Positions 7,855 through 16,866 of a stretch of DNA of 64,000 nucleotides are shown here, piece after piece. Under the pieces are notes generated by a model, which was not told the DNA's origin, did not search any database, and saw nothing but the letters and a program-made list of their open reading frames with translations. Numbering within the stretch: the stretch's first letter is position 1; each line of letters begins with the position of its first letter. The stretch comes from a virus. Lineage: Duplodnaviria; Caudoviricetes. A program made the translations under genes and the position numbers. The DNA lies in IMG/VR virus record IMGVR_UViG_3300026094_000002, one strand, 5' to 3'.

Positions 7855-9073
7855 AATGTATTACCTTTATATTATATTTTTCTTCAGTTGCTCGCCATGG
7901 GTCAACCACGACACTTCCGGGAGCAAATTCAAAGTATGCTTCGTCTTCTGCCTCTTCGCCAGTATAACCATAAGTTATTTTTCTGTTATGTGCTAATAAT
8001 ATTACAGCGGGTGAAGCAACATCATCAACAACTTCAGTAGTGTCATCTGCCAATGGATCAACATAACAAACAGAACGGCCCAATTCTTTTACGTAATGTC
8101 CTACTAATGTTGAATAACTTCCTATACAATATGGGACATTTGGTTTATAAGATTTTCCATGAATTACAATAGGCAGATCATTATGTTCTTCACTCTGCTG
8201 CACCAAAAATTTAGCAAGATTTTCTGCTTGTCTTTCCCGGGCTGTCATAATTGTATCAAATAGATCATAGCCAAGTTCATATTCTTCTGCCAACCAGCGG
8301 AGTGCTATGTTGTCACGTGGATGACAAGCCCCTGAATCGCCCATCCCTGCTGTCATATATTTTGGGCCCATTATACGCATTGTACTATTTGCCAATGCAT
8401 CAGTAACAACATCAACATCGATATTACCTATTTTCATAGCACAATCTTGTATCATATTCACAAGGCCAATTTTTGTTGAAATAAATGTATTATAGAAAAT
8501 TTTAATTGCCTCACACTCATCCCAAGTGCCAGTGACGTATCTGGGATTGTTTTGCATAATTGGCTGATATATATCGATCAATTTTTGTACTTCAACATCA
8601 TCTCCACTTTCTGTTCCAATCATGATCATTTCAGGGTTAACCATGTCCCATTTGACACTCCCCATAGCGATAAGATATGGATTATAAAATAACCTATGCT
8701 TATCATTTAATAATTCAGCAAAATGTTTGCGTGTTGTGCCGGGCAAAACTGTTGAAATTAGCACAACTTTCTTAGAACTTTCTGCATGTGTATTGACAGA
8801 GGTCAGTGCTTCTTTCACTGCAGAATGATCAAAATCCCGTGGTTCCATATGAGAACTTGGAACACTTCCATCATAGCCCTTATCGTGTGGAGTTGGAACC
8901 GCAATAAAAATCCAGTCACTTTTATTAACTAACTCTTTTATTGATTCACAAATATTGACTGACTGACTTTGACGTGGGTAAATATCGTAACCATAAACCG
9001 TATACTGTTCAGCAAAAACTTCTGCACAGTCTAGGCCCAATTTGCCTAACCCGATAAAACCTATTGAATTCAA
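7835..9073 (-). CDS. UDP-glucose/GDP-mannose dehydrogenase family protein
   Basis: GLGKLG Rossmann motif, AVPTP, ISTVLPGT, EAIKIFYN and GACHPRD. TTG start with GAGGT SD. Confidence 0.9.
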   Translation of the reverse strand: MNSIGFIGLGKLGLDCAEVFAEQYTVYGYDIYPRQSQSVNICESIKELVNKSDWIFIAVPTPHDKGYDGSVPSSHMEPRDFDHSAVKEALTSVNTHAESSKKVVLISTVLPGTTRKHFAELLNDKHRLFYNPYLIAMGSVKWDMVNPEMIMIGTESGDDVEVQKLIDIYQPIMQNNPRYVTGTWDECEAIKIFYNTFISTKIGLVNMIQDCAMKIGNIDVDVVTDALANSTMRIMGPKYMTAGMGDSGACHPRDNIALRWLAEEYELGYDLFDTIMTARERQAENLAKFLVQQSEEHNDLPIVIHGKSYKPNVPYCIGSYSTLVGHYVKELGRSVCYVDPLADDTTEVVDDVASPAVILLAHNRKITYGYTGEEAEDEAYFEFAPGSVVVDPWRATEEKYNIKVIHYGNTRK

Positions 9074-9074
9074 A

Positions 9075-10451
9075 ATGACTATACCTCTTGATAACTTATA
9101 TGATTATATATTCAGTTTGACTGGGCACACAAATAAAAACCTAATCATGTACAGATTTGATCCACATGGCTCTAAAAATATAAAAAACTTGACTACGCAA
9201 AATCATATTCAGAATATTATGCTTAACTTAAAATCATCATCAAGAAGCGTCAGGAGTTGGCACCATAAAATACTAATATGTAATGACCAAGAACCATTAT
9301 ATTATACTTTATATGATGGAAAAACCGAAGAAAAGAAAGAATTATATCAAAATGCTGATTATATACGACATGAAAATTCTTTAGAACAAAAAATAGCAGA
9401 AAAGAAAAAAAATATAGATGGTTCTCCGGAAATAGTTTTTTCCGTGTATGACAAGAAAATTTTATTACATTCTGAAAAAGAAAGTAAAGATTTAGAAAAG
9501 TACGAAAAAAATGGATTTGTGGGTGCGTATTACTGGTCACATGCTTTTATCTCCTTAGATTGGTATCGGTTTGCTGAACATGATGAATATCTTAATTATT
9601 CCTCTTTTTCTAATTTCAGTAAGCATTTTAATATCTATTGCCGAGGATGGTCAGGAGTGAGAGAATATAGACTTAAATTTTTAAGCACAATGATTAAAAA
9701 TAATATAGACAAATACGCAAATATATTTTTCAGTGAGTATAATGACCAGTCACACTTTAGTAATAGTCTATCAAAAACAAAAGAATGGAATATTTCAATA
9801 AAAGAAAAAGAATTAATTGATAAATCAGAATATATTACAAAAAATAATTCTGACCCTTCATTAAGTGCATCATATTCTGTAGATGACTATAAAAATTCTG
9901 CAATTGATGTAGTACTAGAAACAGTCTTTGACCAAAATAAAATTTTTCTAACAGAAAAAATCTTGAGACCAATTGCTTGCGGGAAACCTTTTATTTTGGT
10001 TTCTGAAAAAAACGCATTACAATATTTAAAATCATATGGATTCAAATCATTTGATGGTTTAATTGATGAAAGTTATGACACTATCACAGACCCATCAAAA
10101 AGAATGGAAAAAATAATTGAAACAATGAAAAAAATATCTAATTTGACACAAAACGAAAAAAATGAATTGTTTTGTAAAATGCATCTGATTGCCGAAGAAA
10201 ATAAAAAATGGTTTTTTTCGAATGATTTTTTTAATTTAATAAAAACCGAATTAAAAACAAATTTGCAACACTCATTAAGTGTGTTAGATAACCCAAAGAA
10301 CCAGACTGCGAAAGAATTATGGCTTGTATATCGGTCAAACAGGCTATATAAAAAATATTTGAAAAAAAATGCAAAACATAGGTCTGATCAAATTGTATCT
10401 GAATATCCAGAAAGAATAGAATTAAGCAAGAAAAATATAGGAATATCTTAA
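9075..10451 (+). CDS. GT10-like (E..TEK motif) putative glycosyltransferase, paralog 1
   Basis: VVLETVFDQNKIFLTEKILRPI...GFKSFDGLIDESYD. Visibly AT-rich. ATG at 9075. Confidence 0.6.
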   Translation: MTIPLDNLYDYIFSLTGHTNKNLIMYRFDPHGSKNIKNLTTQNHIQNIMLNLKSSSRSVRSWHHKILICNDQEPLYYTLYDGKTEEKKELYQNADYIRHENSLEQKIAEKKKNIDGSPEIVFSVYDKKILLHSEKESKDLEKYEKNGFVGAYYWSHAFISLDWYRFAEHDEYLNYSSFSNFSKHFNIYCRGWSGVREYRLKFLSTMIKNNIDKYANIFFSEYNDQSHFSNSLSKTKEWNISIKEKELIDKSEYITKNNSDPSLSASYSVDDYKNSAIDVVLETVFDQNKIFLTEKILRPIACGKPFILVSEKNALQYLKSYGFKSFDGLIDESYDTITDPSKRMEKIIETMKKISNLTQNEKNELFCKMHLIAEENKKWFFSNDFFNLIKTELKTNLQHSLSVLDNPKNQTAKELWLVYRSNRLYKKYLKKNAKHRSDQIVSEYPERIELSKKNIGIS

Positions 10452-10807
10452 TACTTTCGTAAAATTCCATCCCATTCAGATACAATATTGCCTTTTTTAT
10501 AGTCTCGGATTCGTGATTCTAATACATCATAAAATGAATCCATTTCTCCTTTAAACTTTCCTCTAAGAGACTCTATTGCTTGCTCACAAAAATCCCAATT
10601 CTTTTTGCGATAATTGTTCATTAATGCTTTATGCATATCAGCAGTTTGTTTAAGAACAGAAACCTCTTCTAAGGTAACATTTTCCCCACCAATGACACAA
10701 TAAGCAGTTATCGGCTCTGCATCTTCAGCATACTTTATGGTATCCAATTCTAATACCACATACTTCTCAACTATTTCTTGTGGTGGTTCACCAAATATTA
10801 TTTGCAT
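10448..10807 (-). CDS. Hypothetical protein; C-terminal helix resembles the TPR-like tail of class III adenylate cyclases
   Basis: NNYRKKNWDFCEQAIESL...SFYDVL...WDG; no cyclase catalytic domain present. Confidence 0.5.
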   Translation of the reverse strand: MQIIFGEPPQEIVEKYVVLELDTIKYAEDAEPITAYCVIGGENVTLEEVSVLKQTADMHKALMNNYRKKNWDFCEQAIESLRGKFKGEMDSFYDVLESRIRDYKKGNIVSEWDGILRKY

Positions 10808-10837
10808 AAGTTTTTCCTTTTATTGTAAATATGTATT

Positions 10838-11626
10838 ATGTACTTGTCATTTGATTTAATTTCAGATTTACATCTTGAAACTCGAGATGGCTTTAACTGG
10901 GATGGACAGCCAACCAGCCAATGTTGTGTGGTGGCTGGAGATATTTCTAAAAATATTCAGGATACGGTTTCTTGTCTTACCCATTTGTCCCAATGCTACA
11001 AAAAAGTCGTTTATATTGATGGTAATGCAGAGCATCGTTGGAATTATTCTGATCTTGGTTCAAGTTATCAAACCTTAGTTGAAGAATTGCAAAAAATACC
11101 AAATGTTATTTTCCTGCAAGATAACATGGTCATAATCAATGGTGTTGCGATAGTCGGTACCAATGGCTGGTGGACATACGACTTCAATCCCAACATGGAT
11201 TTTGAAAACTCAGTAAAATACGCTGTTGATAGATATGACATTAATGTTGGTGATGCAATGACACTACGTGCTATGGCAATTAATGATGCGAATTATCTTG
11301 CAAACACTGTCAACCGGTGTCAGACAATGCCAGATATTAAGAAAATTGTTGTTGTTACACATACTGTTCCTCACGAAATGATTACAAAACACGATGAAGA
11401 ATTTGACGATGATCTTCAGTATAATCTGTTGGGCAATTCATATATTAAACAAATTTTAGAACAAGACACGGAAAGAAAAGTTGATACGTGGTGCTTTGGA
11501 CATTACCACAAAGATGTTGATTCTGTTATTAATAATATCCGATATGTTAATAACTGCTTGGGTGAAAAGGGATCAACTTGGGCCAAGTCTGTTTATCACC
11601 CAAAGCGTATTGAAGTAATAATTTAA
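10838..11626 (+). CDS. Calcineurin-like metallophosphoesterase
   Basis: SDLH, AGD, GNAEH, VTH and FGHYH motifs; TAAATA 6 nt upstream. Confidence 0.85.
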   Translation: MYLSFDLISDLHLETRDGFNWDGQPTSQCCVVAGDISKNIQDTVSCLTHLSQCYKKVVYIDGNAEHRWNYSDLGSSYQTLVEELQKIPNVIFLQDNMVIINGVAIVGTNGWWTYDFNPNMDFENSVKYAVDRYDINVGDAMTLRAMAINDANYLANTVNRCQTMPDIKKIVVVTHTVPHEMITKHDEEFDDDLQYNLLGNSYIKQILEQDTERKVDTWCFGHYHKDVDSVINNIRYVNNCLGEKGSTWAKSVYHPKRIEVII

Positions 11627-11937
11627 TCTGCTTCGGGCTCAATTTTAATATTTAAAGGATACCCGTTGCTACGTGCACTTACTGTAATCTCAATGCCCTT
11701 TTGTTCTGCAATCTCATATGGAAGAACTGCCACACACGCAGATCCCGCTTCATGAACTTCTTCAGTAATCTTTTGAGCAGTAGCCTCAGTATAATTAAGA
11801 TGATTCATCAAACTTTCAACAACAAAATCATATGCAGTACTATTGTCATTAATATAAATTAGTTGGTACATTGGTGGCTCACGCAACTCTGTATTAATTT
11901 CTACTTTTGTCTCGCTTGATGCGGATGATGTTGTCAT
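11623..11937 (-). CDS. clpS: ClpS N-degron adaptor
   Basis: EPPMYQLIYINDNST, VHEAG, YEIAEQK and GYPL. Confidence 0.9.
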   Translation of the reverse strand: MTTSSASSETKVEINTELREPPMYQLIYINDNSTAYDFVVESLMNHLNYTEATAQKITEEVHEAGSACVAVLPYEIAEQKGIEITVSARSNGYPLNIKIEPEAD

Positions 11938-11961
11938 TTGTTTCCTCGTAAATTAAATTAG

Positions 11962-11988
11962 TAGAGCAGGGTCTAAGACCCTGCTCTA
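11962..11988. terminator. 12-bp perfect hairpin between hsp20 and clpS
   Basis: TAGAGCAGGGTC-TAA-GACCCTGCTCTA; only a weak T tract follows. Confidence 0.6.
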
Positions 11989-12006
11989 TAGTTTGCAAGA
12001 GACTGA

Positions 12007-12444
12007 TTATCCCTTTTGGGTAATTGCAATAGACTTAGGCTTCATTGTCTCAGGGACAATACGCTCTAAACTAATAGTAAGAATTCCATTCTCAATAACC
12101 GCATTATTTACCTCTACATATTCGGCAAGCGTAAATGAACGCGTGAAGTCTCTTGATGAAATACCATGGTAAAGATATTCAATATCTTCGTTTTTGTTTT
12201 CCTGTCTACCTGTAACAGTTAGGTGTCCTTCATGGTATTCAATATCTATCTCTTCTTTATTGAAACCAGCAACTGCCACCTGAATTTCATAACGATCTTC
12301 ATCAACACGAACGATGTTATATGGTGGATAATTGCCATTGGAACCAGCGGTATCAACTTGATCCATTACGCGATCAAAAATTCGATCCATTCCAATTGTA
12401 TTTCTGTAAAACGGTGATAGGTCTAATGAAGTAATTTTAGTCAT
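12007..12444 (-). CDS. Small heat shock protein (IbpA-like Hsp20)
   Basis: IGMDRIF, YPPYNI, VAVAGF, LYHGISSRDF and NGILTISL. Confidence 0.95.
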   Translation of the reverse strand: MTKITSLDLSPFYRNTIGMDRIFDRVMDQVDTAGSNGNYPPYNIVRVDEDRYEIQVAVAGFNKEEIDIEYHEGHLTVTGRQENKNEDIEYLYHGISSRDFTRSFTLAEYVEVNNAVIENGILTISLERIVPETMKPKSIAITQKG

Positions 12445-12515
12445 TGTTGTCCTCCTTTATTAAGCAAGTGACTAATAGTGCAACCCAAGTTGGCGTTGCA
12501 CATGTATTTATTATA
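12445..12515 (-). promoter_or_regulatory. hsp20 leader with TAAATA promoter and ROSE-like RNA thermometer
   Basis: TAAATA at 12505-12510; hairpin 12478-12501; CUU(G)CUU-AAUA-AAGGAG at 12452-12468. Confidence 0.7.
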
Positions 12516-12532
12516 CACTAATTACGGTTCAT

Positions 12533-12772
12533 TTAAAAGGGCTGATTCTTTTTTTCATCGTTTAATTTTTTAAGCCAACGCTTTCTCGCAGCGGCTTTTT
12601 TAGCCTTTCTTTCTTGGCAGGGCTTTTCATAGAATTCATGTTTCCGAACATCTTTTAGCACACCAGATTCATCAACTTTTTTCTTAAACTTTTTAAGTGC
12701 ACGTTCAAATTGTCCGTCACGAACCTCTACGCGATTTCCTTTAATCTTTATTTCGTCAGTTTTCTTTCTCAA
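12533..12772 (-). CDS. rpsU: Ribosomal protein bS21
   Basis: [19 protein letters not shown]...RKHEFYEKP...KKAAARKR; TTG start. Confidence 0.9.
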   Translation of the reverse strand: MRKKTDEIKIKGNRVEVRDGQFERALKKFKKKVDESGVLKDVRKHEFYEKPCQERKAKKAAARKRWLKKLNDEKKNQPF

Positions 12773-12816
12773 TTGTCAATACCTTTGAGTTCCTTTAATT
12801 ACATTTATGTGTTGTT

Positions 12817-14022
12817 TTAGAAATTGTAAAATTTCTTATCAATTAAACTTGCTGGTTGTTCAACAAGTTCTTTATTTACAATAATTTTGTTAATATTGTT
12901 TTCTCTATACCGAACCATTTCAAACATATGTGGGAGCAATGATTTTTCTATGTTTGAATGCAACCCACGGGCACCTGTTCCACCGACCAGCGTTTTATCA
13001 GCGATCTCATCAAGTGCATCTGGAGTAATTTCAAGTTCAATATCTTCTTGAGCAAATAATGTTTTGTATTGATTAACTAAATTTCCATCAACTTCTGTTA
13101 ATATTGATATTAATGCACCCTTATCTAATTCTGTTAGCGGGACAACATTTGGGAATCTTCCCACAAATTCAGGAATCATTCCAAAACTAACAAGATCGTC
13201 TGGGGTAACCTTGCCTAAATCCACTTCTTCCGACGGAGAGACAATGTGTGCAGTAAAACCAGATGCTGTTCCTGATTGACGGCGACGGACAATATCACCC
13301 AGACCGATAAACGCTCCACCTGCAATGAACAGTATGTTTGACGTATCAATATCAACTGTTCCCGAGTTTGGATTTTTTCTACCACCCACTGGAGGCACCC
13401 GGCATACAGTGCCTTCTACTATTTTTAACAGTGCCTGTTGAACGCCTTCGCCAGAAACATCTCTAGTGATAGAAGAGCTTTCGCTTTTTCTGGCAATTTT
13501 GTCAATTTCATCAACAAAAATAATGCCATTTTCACATTTTTTAACGTCACCATCAGCAGCAATTAATAATCTTGAAACCAAACTCTCAACATCATCACCT
13601 ACATATCCTGATTCGGTTACTGAGGTAGCATCAGCAATAGTAAATGGAACATCCAAATACTTTGCTACAGTTTGTGCTAATAATGTTTTTCCTGAACCAG
13701 TGGGACCAATCATTAAGACATTTGATTTTGCCAAATTATTTTCATTTGTATTTGAAATTCTTTTATAGTGGTTTGCAATTGCTACACTTAAGACAATTTT
13801 GGCCCAATCTTGTCCAAATACATTTTTATCAAGAGTGTTTTTAATTTCTATTGGATTAATATTAACACTATCAGAAGAACCATTAATTTGTTCTTTTAAT
13901 AAATCTTGGCACATTACAACACATTCATTGCATATACCCACAGAATTATTAACAATAAGTTTCTGAACTTCAGATTCTGGGCGATTACAGAAATTACAGA
14001 TATGAGGAGAATTATCAGTCAT
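12817..14022 (-). CDS. clpX: ClpX AAA+ unfoldase
   Basis: CNFC..CNEC zinc finger, GPTGSGKT, GYVG, DEIDK, RDVSGEGVQQALLK and GARGL. Confidence 0.95.
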   Translation of the reverse strand: MTDNSPHICNFCNRPESEVQKLIVNNSVGICNECVVMCQDLLKEQINGSSDSVNINPIEIKNTLDKNVFGQDWAKIVLSVAIANHYKRISNTNENNLAKSNVLMIGPTGSGKTLLAQTVAKYLDVPFTIADATSVTESGYVGDDVESLVSRLLIAADGDVKKCENGIIFVDEIDKIARKSESSSITRDVSGEGVQQALLKIVEGTVCRVPPVGGRKNPNSGTVDIDTSNILFIAGGAFIGLGDIVRRRQSGTASGFTAHIVSPSEEVDLGKVTPDDLVSFGMIPEFVGRFPNVVPLTELDKGALISILTEVDGNLVNQYKTLFAQEDIELEITPDALDEIADKTLVGGTGARGLHSNIEKSLLPHMFEMVRYRENNINKIIVNKELVEQPASLIDKKFYNF

Positions 14023-14024
14023 AA

Positions 14025-15944
14025 TTACCGGTCTTTTAGTCTCTCTTCTAATTGTGTTCTTTCTAGATCTGTTAATAATTCTGGATCATATTCGCCCGTT
14101 GATATTTTTTCAATGAGGTGATCAATATATGCATCGTGATATGCATACTGGTCTGTTTGTTCCTTATCTACTGGAATCCATTTTTGACCATTCCACTTAA
14201 ACAATCTGGTTGGCAAATAATCTACTCGGAGAAAAAGATCTCCCCGTTCTGGATTGGTTGGGAATTCTGTACCAAACCCAGCATTTGTTTCTCTTGGATC
14301 ATTGTCTGATTGAAGTTGAATCTTGGGATATAATCGTTGGAAAACATCTCTTGTGTATCGTTTTCCTCTATACTCAACATACCCAGTTGTTAGTTCATAA
14401 GGATGTTCCTCACTCAAATTTTCAGTAAAATCTGTAGTTTCTAAATCATTGGTCTCATCAATAGTATAAAAGTGCTCTGGGTTCTCTGTTTCGCTGGATA
14501 CTGGGGCCTCTAGATCATAATTGGTTGCAAGCCTATCATCATTATAAACATCATTATATGCAGTTTCGTAATCCAAAGTATAGTTATAGTGTGGAGTATC
14601 TACCTTCTGAGTCCATTCAAAATCACTATTACCAAAAGTTTCATCAATATTTGAATATTTTTCGTTACTTTCGGTAACAGGCTGAGCATTGTTAGTGTTA
14701 TTACTGTTAGTATTTTCAGTACTTCCGCCATTATTTTTGTTTGTGGGCGGACTTGTAGGCGGTGGTGGTGTAACGTGGTCAAACAAGTCTTGTCCATTCC
14801 ATCTAAATGTATATTGACTTGCAATGAGCAGAAGAACTGCGAGCGGATCAAATACAAAAATTATAATAACAATAACCCATTGCACTGCTTTTTCAAGAAG
14901 ATTTTGATCAGCCTCTTCTCCATATACAAATTCCGCAATATATTTTATAGGACCAACCTCGGCTTCCAACTGTCTAGTTTTGGCTTCTATTTCAAATTTT
15001 TCTTCGGTAAGATTATCAATTTTGCCAGATGCTGATTCTATTCGTGCAGTTTGTTCATCAATTACAGCGTCAATATCTTCGCCAGTGTTTGTTCCTAATT
15101 GAGACCGTAATCTTGTAATCAAATTTTGGGAATCTTCAACTTGCGATTCAACGCGTTTTCTCAGACGATCAATTTCTTCCCTTGCCTCAATGACACGTGA
15201 ATCATTATCCACCTCGTCTAATCGTTCTTCCAAAGCATCTTTGTCATCTGATTTTCTATCGCGATAGTTTTCAATTGCCTCTCTGGTATTAGGACCCATT
15301 ATACCATCTGATTGAACACCTATAATACTTTGTGCTGTGGCGATTTCACCATTTGAAACTGCAGCGTCTAGACTGTCTAATTCGGTATCAATTTCTTCTA
15401 TATCATCAAGTATGCGTCCCTCTTGACGATCTATGATATCGCGTTGTTCTTGAATAGCAGGTTCTACTCTTTCGTATGCACGATCAATTCTTTCTTGTTC
15501 TCTGTCAATCTGTGATTGAATAATTGAATCACCACCTACACCTTCACTTTGTGCAGATTCAATTTTGTCTTCAGCCCGGGAAACAACAGCCTCTTGTCGT
15601 GCAATTTCTGAATTGATTCTTTCTAATTGTGCAGTGGCACTGTCGCCTTGGGCAGTCTGCTGAACGTGGGCGTTTGATAATCCGCCGAAAATTCCCATAC
15701 TAGTTATAAACATTAAAACGATAACAGCAATTACAAGGTATGTTTTTAACCACCAAGTAGCCTGATGCCAATATCTATGAAGCCAAACTACTGTAACTAG
15801 TTTAGAAGACTCCAGAATAGTTCCCATTATCAATGTAGTTAATGCAGCCCCAGCAAAAATAGCGGCGAGTCCAGTGACTGAATAATATATGGCTGATACT
15901 GATAAAATTAATGCCGTAGCAAGTGTTACATAACTAAAAATCAA
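14025..15944 (-). CDS. Membrane-anchored coiled-coil protein with a peptidoglycan-binding-like motif
   Basis: N-terminal TM helices, long coiled coil, DGIMGPNTREAI, a further TM (IFVFDPLAVLLLIA), then a Pro/Asn/acidic tail. Confidence 0.6.
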   Translation of the reverse strand: MIFSYVTLATALILSVSAIYYSVTGLAAIFAGAALTTLIMGTILESSKLVTVVWLHRYWHQATWWLKTYLVIAVIVLMFITSMGIFGGLSNAHVQQTAQGDSATAQLERINSEIARQEAVVSRAEDKIESAQSEGVGGDSIIQSQIDREQERIDRAYERVEPAIQEQRDIIDRQEGRILDDIEEIDTELDSLDAAVSNGEIATAQSIIGVQSDGIMGPNTREAIENYRDRKSDDKDALEERLDEVDNDSRVIEAREEIDRLRKRVESQVEDSQNLITRLRSQLGTNTGEDIDAVIDEQTARIESASGKIDNLTEEKFEIEAKTRQLEAEVGPIKYIAEFVYGEEADQNLLEKAVQWVIVIIIFVFDPLAVLLLIASQYTFRWNGQDLFDHVTPPPPTSPPTNKNNGGSTENTNSNNTNNAQPVTESNEKYSNIDETFGNSDFEWTQKVDTPHYNYTLDYETAYNDVYNDDRLATNYDLEAPVSSETENPEHFYTIDETNDLETTDFTENLSEEHPYELTTGYVEYRGKRYTRDVFQRLYPKIQLQSDNDPRETNAGFGTEFPTNPERGDLFLRVDYLPTRLFKWNGQKWIPVDKEQTDQYAYHDAYIDHLIEKISTGEYDPELLTDLERTQLEERLKDR

Positions 15945-16807
15945 AATTTTCTTCCCGGTTTAAAGCCATCTGGTACATCATCTTCAAAAAACATTTTAGA
16001 AACAAATCCATTATTGTACCATTTTCTGCCTTTCATTTTTTTACTTAACTTATTACTTATTTCATTTAATTGTTCTTTAGACATTTGCTCATAAGTTTTT
16101 TTGCGTTTTTTTACGGTATTTTTTATTTCGCTAGGTGTTCTGTTGTTTTTTGATATTTTTTGTGCTTTTGATCTATTTTCAAAATCTTTTTTTCTTTGTT
16201 CATTGTCCCATTTAGATTTTGTTTCTAAAATTTTTTTGGTTCTTTTTATTTTTTCTTCTTCTGAAATTTTTCTCCACTGTTCTTTCACAATCTCAGACAT
16301 TTTATTTTTAAAATTTATTTTTTCTTCAGGCGTTTTGTCTTGCCAAATTTTTTGTCTATAAAGTTTATATTGATTTCTTTCCTCGTCGGTTTTTTCTTTC
16401 CATGTATTTTTAAACTTTTCAATTTGTTCTTTTGTTACTTTTTGTTTTTGGCGTTGTTTCTTTATTTTTTCTATTGTTTCTGGTGAATGATTTCTTCCGT
16501 ACCAACTAAATCCTTCATTTCTAGCATTGTGTTTATTATAAAATAAATCATTCTTTTCTACATCAAAAAAATTATGTAACTCAATTTCATGCTGCATTGC
16601 TTCTTCGCGATTATTAAAAATACCTAAAATTTCCTTCGTAAAACTATTTTTTCCTTTTTCATTGATATCCTCTTTAAGATATTCACTGGATCCAAAGTAT
16701 TCTGTATCTTCATGTGGCATATTCAATGAAGTCCTGACACCAATATAATATTTTCCATTATCAGTTGTTTCATTATTATTAGTAATGATATAAGTGTAGT
16801 GGTACAT
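15941..16807 (-). mobile_element. Free-standing GIY-YIG (Seg-like) homing endonuclease gene
   Basis: YTYIITN...KYYIG..TS...YFGSS, NUMOD3-like HSPETIEKI and GRKWYNNG end. AT-rich, with its own TAAATA at 16829-16834. Confidence 0.85.
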
Positions 16808-16866
16808 CTGTAATTCCTCCGAAAAAAGTATTTATCTCATAGAGGTGATAAACACAAACTACATTT

